64,000 bases of DNA from a virus (taxonomy: Duplodnaviria > Caudoviricetes), in the IMG/VR virus record IMGVR_UViG_3300029288_004137, positions 128,001 through 192,000 of that record, one strand, 5' to 3'. The notes below the pieces were generated by a model. The model was not told the origin of the DNA. It ran no database searches and saw only the letters and a program-made list of their open reading frames with translations. A program made the position numbers and the translations under genes. How positions within the stretch are numbered: position 1 is the first letter of the stretch; each line of letters starts with the position of its first letter. Shown piece by piece: positions 20,561 to 30,399 of the stretch.

Positions 20561-21841
20561 TTATCCTATATAAATTTTTCTTGGAACACCAGATTTTATC
20601 TTTTGAACATTCTCGATCATTCCTGCTTCTCTTTCAAGAAGTTTATCGTATGTCATTTCTTTTAAATCTTCTTTAAAATTATCTTTTAATTCTTTCATCT
20701 CTGCTTGTGCTTCAGTTATTAAAGCAGCACCATCAAGAGTAGCATTATCCCCTGGAATTGGAATTGGAGAATATTTCCTTCTTATATACCCTAGCATTTC
20801 TTTACATATTGCTAATGCATACTTTCTTATCCATCTTTTACCTATTGAATTTATCGCACTATAAGGTATATTTGTAAAAGGTAAAGTACCAAGATTATTT
20901 GCTCCACTTAATCCAGTATCATTATCTGAATCTTCTTCTGTCCAAGGATTTTTTAATATTTTAAATTCAAACCACATCTTTTGAACATAAGAATCTCTTG
21001 GAGGTGGAAATATTCTTAATTTATTATTTCTTATCGTATATGAAAAATTAGATAATCTTGTGCTTATCGCATCTTTATACATAATTGATTGTAATTTATT
21101 CTGCCAAACAGGTACTACCTCATAAACTGTAGAATCTGCATATTGACCATAATTTGATAGATTACCTACAACATTAACTCCACCATGATATCCATAAAAA
21201 TTCCAAAAAGCAGCTTTCGTTTTATAATAAACTTTCGTAATAACAATTTTCTTTATTGATCCACTAGCACCTACTAAACCAGCATAATCTACTCCACCTT
21301 CAGCAGAAGATTCTTCAACTATTGATTGAAGATCATAATCTTGTTTTTCATCTTCTATATTAAAAGAAGCAGAATAAAAAGTTACATCTCCACCTATTCT
21401 TGCTTCTGACGCAAGAGTATTTCCTATCTTTCTAGCTGCCATAAATTGAATCTTAGGATACTTTAATTCAATGTTTGATCCAGATAAAGCATCCCCAACA
21501 AGCACTTGTCCATTGCCATCAAAAGATGCAGTTTGAAATCCTAATAAACTTCCAATTGTATTATATCCTTGATGAATATTCATTAAATATGAATATTCTA
21601 AACATGCTTCCTCATATGATGCATATACTTGATATTCTGTTATTTCAACATTTAATACATCACCCCCAAGTCTATGATATACATAATTGACTTGTTCTAC
21701 AGCAGCATTTTTAAAATCTGAAGAATCATACACACCAAATGGTAATGGATTTGTTGTTATATCTACATTTGAAACTGTTCCTGTTATTGGAAGTGCTATT
21801 GCAACTGTTGTACTGACTGGACTTAACACAGGATAAGCCAT
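20561..21841 (-). CDS. neck protein (gp13-like)
   Basis: LGGDVLNVEIT, WIRKYALAICKEMLG.IRRKY..IPIPG...LDG..L. ATG at 21841 has SD GGAG (the track starts at 21853). Confidence 0.75.
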   Translation of the reverse strand: MAYPVLSPVSTTVAIALPITGTVSNVDITTNPLPFGVYDSSDFKNAAVEQVNYVYHRLGGDVLNVEITEYQVYASYEEACLEYSYLMNIHQGYNTIGSLLGFQTASFDGNGQVLVGDALSGSNIELKYPKIQFMAARKIGNTLASEARIGGDVTFYSASFNIEDEKQDYDLQSIVEESSAEGGVDYAGLVGASGSIKKIVITKVYYKTKAAFWNFYGYHGGVNVVGNLSNYGQYADSTVYEVVPVWQNKLQSIMYKDAISTRLSNFSYTIRNNKLRIFPPPRDSYVQKMWFEFKILKNPWTEEDSDNDTGLSGANNLGTLPFTNIPYSAINSIGKRWIRKYALAICKEMLGYIRRKYSPIPIPGDNATLDGAALITEAQAEMKELKDNFKEDLKEMTYDKLLEREAGMIENVQKIKSGVPRKIYIG

Positions 21842-21871
21842 TATTTTCTCCAACGATAGACTAACCTGTAA

Positions 21872-21879
21872 TAAGTAGT
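21872..21879 (-). promoter_or_regulatory. putative late promoter motif ACTACTTA upstream of the neck operon
   Basis: 31 nt upstream of the 21841 start. Confidence 0.5.
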
Positions 21880-21899
21880 TTGTTTAAATTATAAACTTA

Positions 21900-23363
21900 T
21901 TAATGAAGAAAATCCATTATATATATATTTGATCCACATCCATATATTTTTTGAACATTTGCTTCTTCTGCTATTTGTTTTTCAGTTTTTCCTAAAATTG
22001 ACCTAAAAATAAATCGATTAAAACGATCCTTTCCATCTGTATAACCATATGATGGATTCGTATATCCAAACAATGTAAATCCACTTTTTAAATAAACCTT
22101 TCCATCTCCATAATTCAAATCTGCATAACTTAAAATTCCACTATACCCATTGTTCTTAGACCACAAAATTACTGCTTTTAAAAGTCTAGAAAAACCTCCT
22201 CTCACAACTACATTTAATTTATTAGCAAAACGACATATCTCTATCTTCCCTTTATATTTTGTATGAAAAGGTCCCCTCAATGATAAACAAGAAACTAGTT
22301 CGTCTTTATATACCAAACCAAATGCCATTTTAGAAACAGAATAACCAGAAATATGATTATTTTCAAAAAAGTTTTTATATTGATTATTTCTAAATAATTC
22401 AACAACTTTACATTTTCTTGCATCAATCTTTGTTTCTACTTTTCCAAGTTTATATTTAATCATTGATTTAATAATTTTTTGCTTATTTCTCCATTCATCT
22501 GAATAAATTTGGAATAAAGATATACCTTTTTCCAAACATCCTAAATATTTATCTTGATGATATCTTTTAGATTTAGTTACTTCGTTATGCCAAAATAAAC
22601 CATTATATTCTATAGCAATCTTTTTTTCTGGAATGTATATGTCTAATTCTTTTGGTCTTAAAATAGTTCTGTCTCCTCTTATTATATTATATTCTTCTGC
22701 TACTGAAGAAATAAATTCATATAATTCATATTCTTCTTTTGATTTCCCAGAAAAACAATATTTGCATGAAGAACCTTTATGTAAAGTCATTAAATTATTT
22801 TCTTGTTCTTTTCCACATAACAAACATTTAACTTTAACTGTTTGAAGTCTTGAAAAATATTCATCAAATGGAGTTAAAAGTTCTAGTTTGTTTTCTTCAA
22901 TAAATTTTTGTTTATATTCATTGAATTTTTCTTCAGTTAAAGCACTTGCATTTTTTTTGCCAGATATTGATATTGAATATTTTAAAATTGATTCATTCGT
23001 TTCTTTCGTTAATCCCTTTTTCCATCCTGCATCAATTGTTTTACTTTCTATACCATCAAAACCATATTGTTTTGACCAACTTTTTCTTCCTTCTCCAGCA
23101 TGATCAAAACAAAACCTTTTAAATCCATATTTTCCTTTCACATAACTTGTCTTCTGTCCACAAATAGGACAAACAGGACGATTTGCTTTAAAAAAATACA
23201 TTTCTACATATTTTTCCATTGAAAAATTATGAAACGCTCCAACATGTCCTGCTAATCCTGCTTTACTTTTAAATAATTTTTTGCAAATTTGACATTCAAC
23301 TTTTTCTTTTTCTGTAACTTCTGCACATATATCAAAATGACCTTTGTTCCTATCCCCACTCAT
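21900..23363 (-). mobile_element. free-standing homing endonuclease (Hef-like, PD-(D/E)xK/Vsr-type) with zinc-finger N-terminus
   Basis: C2H2 finger and CxxC motifs, SKEE..L, ELDIYIPEKKIAIEYNGLFWH, IYSDEW, ARKC, GGFSRLL, SYAD. ATG at 23363 has SD AGGAG (the track starts at 23393). Confidence 0.75.
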
Positions 23364-23488
23364 ATCTTTTCTCCTTCTTCTATTTAAATCCATAATATCA
23401 TATTTAAATAGTTTTGTTAAGGGGATTATGACTTGCTATTTATTTTTGAAAAACAACAAAGGGGTAATGACTATATTTTATTGAAATT

Positions 23489-23524
23489 AAAAAAATGCCC
23501 TTCAAAAGATATTGAAGGGCATTT
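23489..23524 (-). terminator. rho-independent terminator after the major capsid gene
   Basis: 13-bp perfect stem AAATGCCCTTCAA/TTGAAGGGCATTT with a 6-nt loop, followed by a T-run on the minus strand, 26 nt after the capsid stop. Confidence 0.85.
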
Positions 23525-23549
23525 GTGTTAGAAATTACTTAATGATTAC

Positions 23550-25334
23550 TTAACCTTGGAGATCTCTGATAATGACAAGACCATACATATCAGGACGTAC
23601 CATCTTTTTCCCGTATCTCGTCATGACTCCTTTTCTTGGTGTGAAATTCTCAGGATCGAAGATCACAGGAGTTGTTTGGAGAGGCACGTATGGTGAATAA
23701 ACGTATCCACTTTCAAGGAACGAAGATCCTTTTCTACCAACAAGGATTACGTTTCTATAGAAATATGGTGATACATAAATATCCCATTTATTGCTAATAC
23801 TACCCACCTTGATGCTTCCTGCTGATCCTTTCTCATCATCAGGTGCCGTAACGTTTGTAGAGAATCCACGAACCATCTCAAGAATTGCAGATGTTTCAGG
23901 ACCACAGACGAGGAAGTTTGCACCACCCCGAAGTGTCTTTCTATGAATTTCTGCCGATACGTCATTGATAGTTTCAAGCAATGTTTGATACCATTCAGAC
24001 ACGTTACCAGTGAAATCAGGAGGAGCTGTAGCACTTGTGATATCTGCACCAGTCTCTCTATTAACAAAGAGTCCAGGGCGTCTTGACCAATAATATGTCC
24101 GTGCTGTAGCACCCTTTACTAAGTCTTGAAGAATTTCACCATCGATTTCCATACCAATGTGCTCAGAAAGAACCGAAGTTAATTCTGTTTCAGCATCAGT
24201 TGAGTGATATGCTTGAAGATCTTGACCTGCTTCAGGTGTCCATACCGCCTTAAGTTTTCTTGTTTGTGCGACAATAGGAATACTATCAACCTTAATGTTG
24301 ATTTCAGGAATTGAATCCTCGTTTTCTAATTGCCAAACAGAACCTCCCACAACTGCTCCAATACCACTGCTTACTTCAGAAATATTATCATTGATAGAGA
24401 ATGACATTTCCATATCAGATGTAGCAGAAGCAGAAGACCACTTGTTTGTATCTGCATCAAAACTTGCATCCACATTTGCAGTAGCAACTAAAAATACAAA
24501 TCTAACATAAAGAGGATATGCTGAATAATCAGGTGCTCCTGCTGAGTCACAAAGACATGTTAATCTTCGTACAAGTTGTCCCATTGAAGAACTTAATGCT
24601 GTTCCACCCGTAGGAAGCAAGTTAATAGAAGAATAATCCTTTACATTGAATTGATCCCAATCTGCTGTTCCATCTGTATGAGTTTCAAATGTAGAGGTTA
24701 ATGCTACAGCAACAAGAGCAGAATAACTTGCTTTTCCAATAAGATCTTCATCCCATTGAATCAACTTTCCCTGAGCGTCTGTGACTGTTCCATCAAGATC
24801 AATCGCATCAGCAACAAGAACAATAGACTCAGAAGGAACATTATTATAACCGATTGCATGAGAATAACTGTTATTAAGATTATAGAGCCCTTTTTCTGCA
24901 TAAGGATCTGTAATCGAAACACCATTGGCAATTTCAGAAGCAACTGAATCAGTACCATAAATTGAACCACCAGTGCTAAGCGGTCCTCTTGTTGAATTAT
25001 ATCTGAAATCCAAGAAGAATATCAGTCCTGATGGTAAACTCATTGGTTGAACAGAAACTACATCATTTGCTAAAAGTCCAGCAAATACTCTTCGAACAAG
25101 AGGAAATGCAACAGACGCAAATCCTTGAACATCCCCACCTTCCATTGTTGTTGCTTCTCTAAGTAAAGAAGCTGCTTGATTCTCTAAAAGTCTAACCACT
25201 GTATGCTTTCTATACTCATCATGATCAAGACCTTCAAGAAGTCCTGTTTTTGACCACTTTTTAACCAAACGATTCGTTTCAAGAATCATGTCCGGTCTAA
25301 CGATGTCTTCCGTTAATTTCTTTAAGATACCCAT
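23550..25334 (-). CDS. gp23: major capsid protein (gp23-like)
   Basis: LLENQ, FPLVRRVF, VSVQPMSLPSGLIFFLDF, TRKLKAVWTPE..QDL.AYH..DAE.EL, YSPYVPL, FTPRKGVMTRY. Confidence 0.95.
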   Translation of the reverse strand: MGILKKLTEDIVRPDMILETNRLVKKWSKTGLLEGLDHDEYRKHTVVRLLENQAASLLREATTMEGGDVQGFASVAFPLVRRVFAGLLANDVVSVQPMSLPSGLIFFLDFRYNSTRGPLSTGGSIYGTDSVASEIANGVSITDPYAEKGLYNLNNSYSHAIGYNNVPSESIVLVADAIDLDGTVTDAQGKLIQWDEDLIGKASYSALVAVALTSTFETHTDGTADWDQFNVKDYSSINLLPTGGTALSSSMGQLVRRLTCLCDSAGAPDYSAYPLYVRFVFLVATANVDASFDADTNKWSSASATSDMEMSFSINDNISEVSSGIGAVVGGSVWQLENEDSIPEINIKVDSIPIVAQTRKLKAVWTPEAGQDLQAYHSTDAETELTSVLSEHIGMEIDGEILQDLVKGATARTYYWSRRPGLFVNRETGADITSATAPPDFTGNVSEWYQTLLETINDVSAEIHRKTLRGGANFLVCGPETSAILEMVRGFSTNVTAPDDEKGSAGSIKVGSISNKWDIYVSPYFYRNVILVGRKGSSFLESGYVYSPYVPLQTTPVIFDPENFTPRKGVMTRYGKKMVRPDMYGLVIIRDLQG

Positions 25335-25349
25335 TTAAAAAATCCTCCA

Positions 25350-26663
25350 TTAATTTTTCTTACTTTTTATTCCTGCCATTTTTTGCATCTTTTCTTTTAA
25401 AAGTTGTTCTTCTTTCGTTTCACCCGAAGAAGGTTTTCTATTTTTAAGAGCAAATGCAACCTCATTTAAGCGTATTTTGTTTTCTTGTGGTTCTTCAACT
25501 GAATGATTTTCAACAATAATCTTTTTCGTTGAATTCATAAACTTTTCAAAAACACCCTTCGCTTCATTAAGGGTTTTGGTTTTATTAACAGCATCAACAA
25601 GTTCTCTCTTTTGTCGCTCATTCAAAGAGTCACTGCTTAAAACCCTATTTTCTATCATTGTCTGCGTAGTTGTCAAATTCGTTTTCTTTAATTCCTTTCC
25701 GAAAACGATAAGAGCTTCTCTTAACACGTTATTTTGCTCTTCTAAATTAGATAGTCTGTCTCTAATCAAAAAGATATTTCTTTTTAATACTTTATTAACT
25801 TTTTTATATGATTCTTCAAGATCTTCTTCTTTTTTAGGTTTTTCTTTTCTTGAATCTTCTGCTTTTGGAGCTTGATTTAAAATATTTGAATTCTCTTCAT
25901 CTTCTAAATCATTTGTTGCTATTTTGGAAGATTCTTGTGTATTTGAATTAGCACTATAATCACCAATTATTCCTTCTGGTACTGCTTCAAAATCAATTAT
26001 ATCTTCTTCTTTTTCTTCATCTGCATCTAATTCTTCCTCTTCTTCAAGAAATTCTAATGTTCCTTCTTGGAGATAAGATACATTTCCATCTTGTTCTTCT
26101 GGTTTAGATCTTTCTGCTCCTAATTGAGCATCGGTTTCTTCTTTTTCATAATCTAAACTAATATCAGGACTTTCCCCATCACCATCCTCTATATTTAATT
26201 CATCTGTTATTTCTTCTGTTTTTCCTCCATCTTCTTCTTTTGCTATTTGAGATAATTGATCCAAATCAATTGTCATCATTTCATCTTCACCTGGAGAATC
26301 CTTACCACCTATATTTTCTCCATCTGCAAAAGATTTACCTATTTCTTTATCAGAAAAAGGTTCATTTTGAACTGGTGCTTTTGAACCTTCTGCTCCACCT
26401 TCACCAGACATTGTTTCAAGATCTGGAGATCCTTCTCCTCCTAATTCATCTACATCTCCTGTAGATCCTTCGTTTCCACCTAAAAGAAGATCCTTATCTT
26501 CTTCTTTTCCCTCTTCAGCTTCAAAAAGTTTTTTATTAATTATTCTTTTGAATTCTTTTGAATATTTTTCAATTAATTCTGATTGAGCACTTTTTTTCGC
26601 AACATCTTTAAGTGCTTCAGCATCAATGATTGCTCGCTCTAACATTTTTGATTTATCACTCAT
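25350..26663 (-). CDS. prohead scaffold/core protein (gp22-like)
   Basis: Acidic, coiled-coil protein directly upstream of the capsid gene; AIIDAEALK N-terminus and KMQKMAGI C-terminus. ATG at 26663 has SD GGAG. Confidence 0.7.
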   Translation of the reverse strand: MSDKSKMLERAIIDAEALKDVAKKSAQSELIEKYSKEFKRIINKKLFEAEEGKEEDKDLLLGGNEGSTGDVDELGGEGSPDLETMSGEGGAEGSKAPVQNEPFSDKEIGKSFADGENIGGKDSPGEDEMMTIDLDQLSQIAKEEDGGKTEEITDELNIEDGDGESPDISLDYEKEETDAQLGAERSKPEEQDGNVSYLQEGTLEFLEEEEELDADEEKEEDIIDFEAVPEGIIGDYSANSNTQESSKIATNDLEDEENSNILNQAPKAEDSRKEKPKKEEDLEESYKKVNKVLKRNIFLIRDRLSNLEEQNNVLREALIVFGKELKKTNLTTTQTMIENRVLSSDSLNERQKRELVDAVNKTKTLNEAKGVFEKFMNSTKKIIVENHSVEEPQENKIRLNEVAFALKNRKPSSGETKEEQLLKEKMQKMAGIKSKKN

Positions 26664-26687
26664 TTTTAACTCCACTAAATCTAATAA

Positions 26688-26695
26688 TATATAGT
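26688..26695 (-). promoter_or_regulatory. putative late promoter motif ACTATATA upstream of the scaffold-capsid operon
   Basis: 25 nt upstream of the 26663 start. Confidence 0.5.
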
Positions 26696-26710
26696 TATTT
26701 CTGTTTTCAA

Positions 26711-27142
26711 TTAATTATTTATACCATCAAGAGTAGTTCCTAATGAAGCAGATGATAATTCATATAATTGTGGTTCTATCGATGTCATTTCTGCCGCTAA
26801 ACAATAAGATCCACTTGCTCCATTGCACAACGTAGAAAGATAAATTCTATTACACTTAATATCAAATTTTATATAAGGAACATTATTATCAAGAACATAA
26901 TAATGATGATTATTCATAATAGGATTGCCAACAAGAGATCTTGAATCAAAATATAAAATAATTGGGACAGATCCATCAAGAGTTCTAACTGTTATTGATT
27001 TAGTTAATGACGGAAAACTTATTTCTACACCATCACTTGTATCTACTGTGTCTGGTACTTCACTTCCTGTTAAATATGGTCTGCCAGAAGATTGATATGC
27101 CGCTGCTGATCCTGGTCCTACCTTATATGTTCGTGATGGCAT
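26711..27142 (-). CDS. hypothetical protein, possibly a virion component
   Basis: 143-aa beta-rich ORF in the head module (AYQSSGRPYLTGS...FPSLTK). Confidence 0.55.
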   Translation of the reverse strand: MPSRTYKVGPGSAAAYQSSGRPYLTGSEVPDTVDTSDGVEISFPSLTKSITVRTLDGSVPIILYFDSRSLVGNPIMNNHHYYVLDNNVPYIKFDIKCNRIYLSTLCNGASGSYCLAAEMTSIEPQLYELSSASLGTTLDGINN

Positions 27143-27145
27143 CTA

Positions 27146-27370
27146 TTATTCTCCATTCATTTGTTGTTTACTATCTAAATACTTTCTCACTTTTGCTCGT
27201 TCTTTTTTTTCTTTCTTGGCAACAGAAGGTTTTTTATATCTTTTTGAAAAAGCACAAGTTTCCTTTAGTTCTTCAACAAGTTTTTCCTTTTTGGTTAACC
27301 GAATAAACCTCTCAACAAAAGATAATGATGATTCCCCTTTCTCTGCTACCAATTGAAAATTAATTGCCAT
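27146..27370 (-). CDS. rpsU: phage-encoded ribosomal protein bS21 homologue
   Basis: 74-aa basic protein: GES.....RF....KK..LVEELK...RYKKPSVAKKEKKERA matches the bS21 pattern; strong SD GAGGTGAT. Confidence 0.7.
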   Translation of the reverse strand: MAINFQLVAEKGESSLSFVERFIRLTKKEKLVEELKETCAFSKRYKKPSVAKKEKKERAKVRKYLDSKQQMNGE

Positions 27371-27389
27371 ACATCACCTCATAATAAAT

Positions 27390-27782
27390 TTATAAACCAA
27401 AAGCTTTAAGATCTACACCAGGGTCATTTGGATTTACATCTGATAGTGGTGTTCTTCCAAAAATTTCATTTTGTTTCAATTCAACAGGAGATTTAACAGG
27501 AGATAGAGGAACCGTACCTTCAAACATTTGCCCCATTCCTTTTTCTTTGAATGATTTTAATTTTTCTTCTACCACTAAATTATTCATATTCATTCCCATT
27601 AAATTAAGTCTTTTAGGAGTCTTAACAGGACTTGCTTGTTTCTTTTCAACTAAAAATTCTTTATCACTAAAACCTTTAAAAACTTCAGTAATTACTTTTG
27701 ATAACAATCCATCAAAAAGCATTTCATTTACACATTCTTCAATAATCGGTTTTAGTATCTTTTTTAATTCTGATTTCTTCAT
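27390..27782 (-). CDS. hypothetical head-module protein
   Basis: MKKSELKKILKPIIEECVNEML leader; DPGVD C-terminus. Confidence 0.6.
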   Translation of the reverse strand: MKKSELKKILKPIIEECVNEMLFDGLLSKVITEVFKGFSDKEFLVEKKQASPVKTPKRLNLMGMNMNNLVVEEKLKSFKEKGMGQMFEGTVPLSPVKSPVELKQNEIFGRTPLSDVNPNDPGVDLKAFGL

Positions 27783-28402
27783 TTTTCACCTTTATATAAA
27801 ATACTATTTAAAATACGATTTATTTTGTCACTTCTTGTAAAATATAAACTCGTTTTTTGCTTGGATTCTTTCATCAAAAACGCATCAACAGTTGATGGTT
27901 CAGTTACTATATCAAAACAAATTAATTGAAAATCATCTTCAACAATTATATCTTCCCCTTTCTCATGAACAGAACCAAGTCCTCTAGAACTTATACCTAT
28001 CTTTATGCCATCATTGATTAATGACTTTAAAATTTGTCCAGATGGGCCACTTAATACTTTTAATTTTCCATATAAATTTTTGCCTTCCCACCACAATTTC
28101 TTAATAACATGAGAAAGATTTTTTGCATCAATTTCTGAAGAATCTGGATGGTTTAATTCTCCTACAGAACGATTCTCTCTTATAAGTTTTTCATAGTTCT
28201 TAACCTCTGATTCTAATACCTCATAAGGATATATTCTTCCATTTTGGTTTTTTTCATCAGCTTTCTGAAATATTCCTGAAAGATATAAAGCACCATTATC
28301 TCTGATATCTTTTTTTTCTTCTTCTGTCAAGAGGTCCTGACAAACCCCATCTGGACATAAAGAAAAATACTCTCTAAGAATATATTTTTTATTATTTTCC
28401 AT
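27779..28402 (-). CDS. gp21: prohead core protein protease (gp21-like)
   Basis: NQNGRIYP, GELNHP, SH, GISSRGLGS, FDIVTEPST. Confidence 0.92.
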   Translation of the reverse strand: MENNKKYILREYFSLCPDGVCQDLLTEEEKKDIRDNGALYLSGIFQKADEKNQNGRIYPYEVLESEVKNYEKLIRENRSVGELNHPDSSEIDAKNLSHVIKKLWWEGKNLYGKLKVLSGPSGQILKSLINDGIKIGISSRGLGSVHEKGEDIIVEDDFQLICFDIVTEPSTVDAFLMKESKQKTSLYFTRSDKINRILNSILYKGEK

Positions 28403-28814
28403 TTTTTTTGCTTTCTACTAATCCCTTGTATATTTCTTTATAAATTTTGTTTTCATAAAGTCCATTAGGTAAATCAAATGGATCATACATAGGATCTACA
28501 TTAGGATCTTCTGTCCCATCCATTTCAAAATCTCTTTTTCTTGAATTTGCATAATCCATTTTTGTTTTTCCAGAATATTTAGGATCTGGATTTAATCCTT
28601 CTACATCCCCAAATTCTTCATAGTTTGGATCTTCATTATAAAGTTCCTCTTCCTCAGGCATTTCTTCTTCATAATAAGATTCTTCTCCAGCATCAAAACC
28701 TTGTGGATCATTATCCCAATAATCACTAAAATCTTCATTTAATTTTGATCCTTTCAATGCTCTTTTTACTTCTTCTTTTACAATCTTTTTTAAAGTATTC
28801 ACTTTAATTTTCAT
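28392..28814 (-). CDS. acidic hypothetical protein with LKKIVKEEV leader
   Basis: 140-aa ORF coupled to the protease gene; SD GGAG. Confidence 0.6.
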   Translation of the reverse strand: MKIKVNTLKKIVKEEVKRALKGSKLNEDFSDYWDNDPQGFDAGEESYYEEEMPEEEELYNEDPNYEEFGDVEGLNPDPKYSGKTKMDYANSRKRDFEMDGTEDPNVDPMYDPFDLPNGLYENKIYKEIYKGLVESKKNGK

Positions 28815-28828
28815 CTCTATTTCTCCAA

Positions 28829-29110
28829 TTAATAATCTAATAAAAATAATAAAACTTGTTCAATTTCTTCTCTGTTTTTCGAATAAACAGTCTGTAATAA
28901 ATAAGTTTTTAACTGTTCATCACTTAATTTATCAAATTTTTCTTTCAATTCACACGAAGAACACTGCTCTTGTGGTTTATTCTTTGGATTTGTTTCGTAA
29001 GGATCAAGTTTCCCCTTCCCACCAGAAGCTAAAATATATGATTCTTTTTTAAGAATAGAATCTACTTCTTCTTTAATAATCTTTTTTAATAACCCTTTTT
29101 TTATTTCCAC
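28829..29110 (-). CDS. hypothetical protein with LKKIIKEEV leader
   Basis: 93-aa ORF, GTG start immediately after the upstream TAG. Confidence 0.55.
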   Translation of the reverse strand: MEIKKGLLKKIIKEEVDSILKKESYILASGGKGKLDPYETNPKNKPQEQCSSCELKEKFDKLSDEQLKTYLLQTVYSKNREEIEQVLLFLLDY

Positions 29111-29185
29111 CTATGACCCCTTACAACAATGTGCCACTCTACGAATTGTAAACCTTTTAAATATTAAATTTTTTTCAATTCTCAT
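29111..29185 (-). CDS. 24-aa basic micro-ORF ending CCKGS, not in the ORF track
   Basis: MRIEKNLIFKRFTIRRVAHCCKGS*; SD AGGTGAT; promoter-like motif 37 nt upstream; stop abuts the next start. Confidence 0.5.
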   Translation of the reverse strand: MRIEKNLIFKRFTIRRVAHCCKGS

Positions 29186-29241
29186 ACATCACCTATTATT
29201 AAATCAATAATAACTCCATAATAAATAGATTAATAATTTTA

Positions 29242-30399
29242 CTATTGTACTTTTTCTTTTTCTACCTTTGAATAATGTTTAACAAAAGTATCTTCTAGTA
29301 ATTCTGCCATTTTATATAGTTCTCTTCCATATGATTTACTATCACAAAATACAGTCTTTTCTCTATAATCTTCTTTTGATACTAGCATACCTCTGTGCTT
29401 GCCATCTTTATAATGTCCAGAACCTACAATTGTTCCAGTCTTTATTATAAATCCAGTTAATCGTATTTTTTTAAGATCTTGAATTGATATAAAAATCTCT
29501 GTGTAATAAGCATTAATTTCACGATCATTATAACAGTATATAAAATGAGGAGAATCTGTTTCAACAAATTCATAACTAAATTGAGCAAGAACTCTCTCCG
29601 TAATACTAATAAATTGCTTCTTTTTATCGTATTTTTGTTTTTCTGTTTGATTAGAAAGTTTAAAGGTAACATCATCTGATTCTTTAGCACTTTCTTTAAG
29701 TTTTATTCTTCTCCATACTTCATCAAGATCTATCTTTTTTGGATCTAATAATCCTTCAGGAGTAGATCGTTTGAATTTTTCTCTTTCATAATCTATTTTA
29801 TTCGGATCTCTTATTCCTCCAGGAGTAGACCAATTTGTCTTTTCTCTTTCACCCTTTTCATATGGTTCTATTTTAGAAAATCTATCAGATGCATGATCAG
29901 ATTTTATATTTCTTAACTTATTTAACACATTATTAATTTCTTCTTGCTCTTTTTCTTTTCTTTTGTTTATTTGATAAAGATTTGTTTCTGGAGTATCTAA
30001 ATCACCATAGTCTCTTTCTGATGCTGAAACAAACTGAATGCTTTCTTCCCCATAAATTTTATTAAGAAATTCATCATTATACCCAAATTCATTAAGTTCA
30101 TCTCTAGAAAAAATTTCTCTTACCTTTCTGTTATAATCCCAATTCCAATTATCACACAAATTTTTTAATGTTTTCATAGCATTAATAAATTGTTTCATGG
30201 AAGAACCATATTCATTATAAATTAATATACTGTTTTTACTTGTATTATCTCTAGCCTCTATATAATCTTCATACATAAGTCTCATTAATCCTTTAATATG
30301 CTGTGTTAAATGACCCCCCATACCTGCTGGCATTTTTGCAGATTGACCACTTACCAGATATTTAACATAGAGCATTTCTTGTTCACTTAGTTTTTTCAT
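29242..30399 (-). CDS. two-module hypothetical protein split by the conserved linker
   Basis: Internal IDLDEVWRRIKLKE, preceded by a 21-aa duplicated segment. Confidence 0.65.
   Translation of the reverse strand: MKKLSEQEMLYVKYLVSGQSAKMPAGMGGHLTQHIKGLMRLMYEDYIEARDNTSKNSILIYNEYGSSMKQFINAMKTLKNLCDNWNWDYNRKVREIFSRDELNEFGYNDEFLNKIYGEESIQFVSASERDYGDLDTPETNLYQINKRKEKEQEEINNVLNKLRNIKSDHASDRFSKIEPYEKGEREKTNWSTPGGIRDPNKIDYEREKFKRSTPEGLLDPKKIDLDEVWRRIKLKESAKESDDVTFKLSNQTEKQKYDKKKQFISITERVLAQFSYEFVETDSPHFIYCYNDREINAYYTEIFISIQDLKKIRLTGFIIKTGTIVGSGHYKDGKHRGMLVSKEDYREKTVFCDSKSYGRELYKMAELLEDTFVKHYSKVEKEKVQ
29702..29734. repeat. 33-bp variant linker repeat, identical to 30707..30739
   Basis: TTTATTCTTCTCCATACTTCATCAAGATCTATC; encodes IDLDEVWRRIK. 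Confidence 0.9.
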
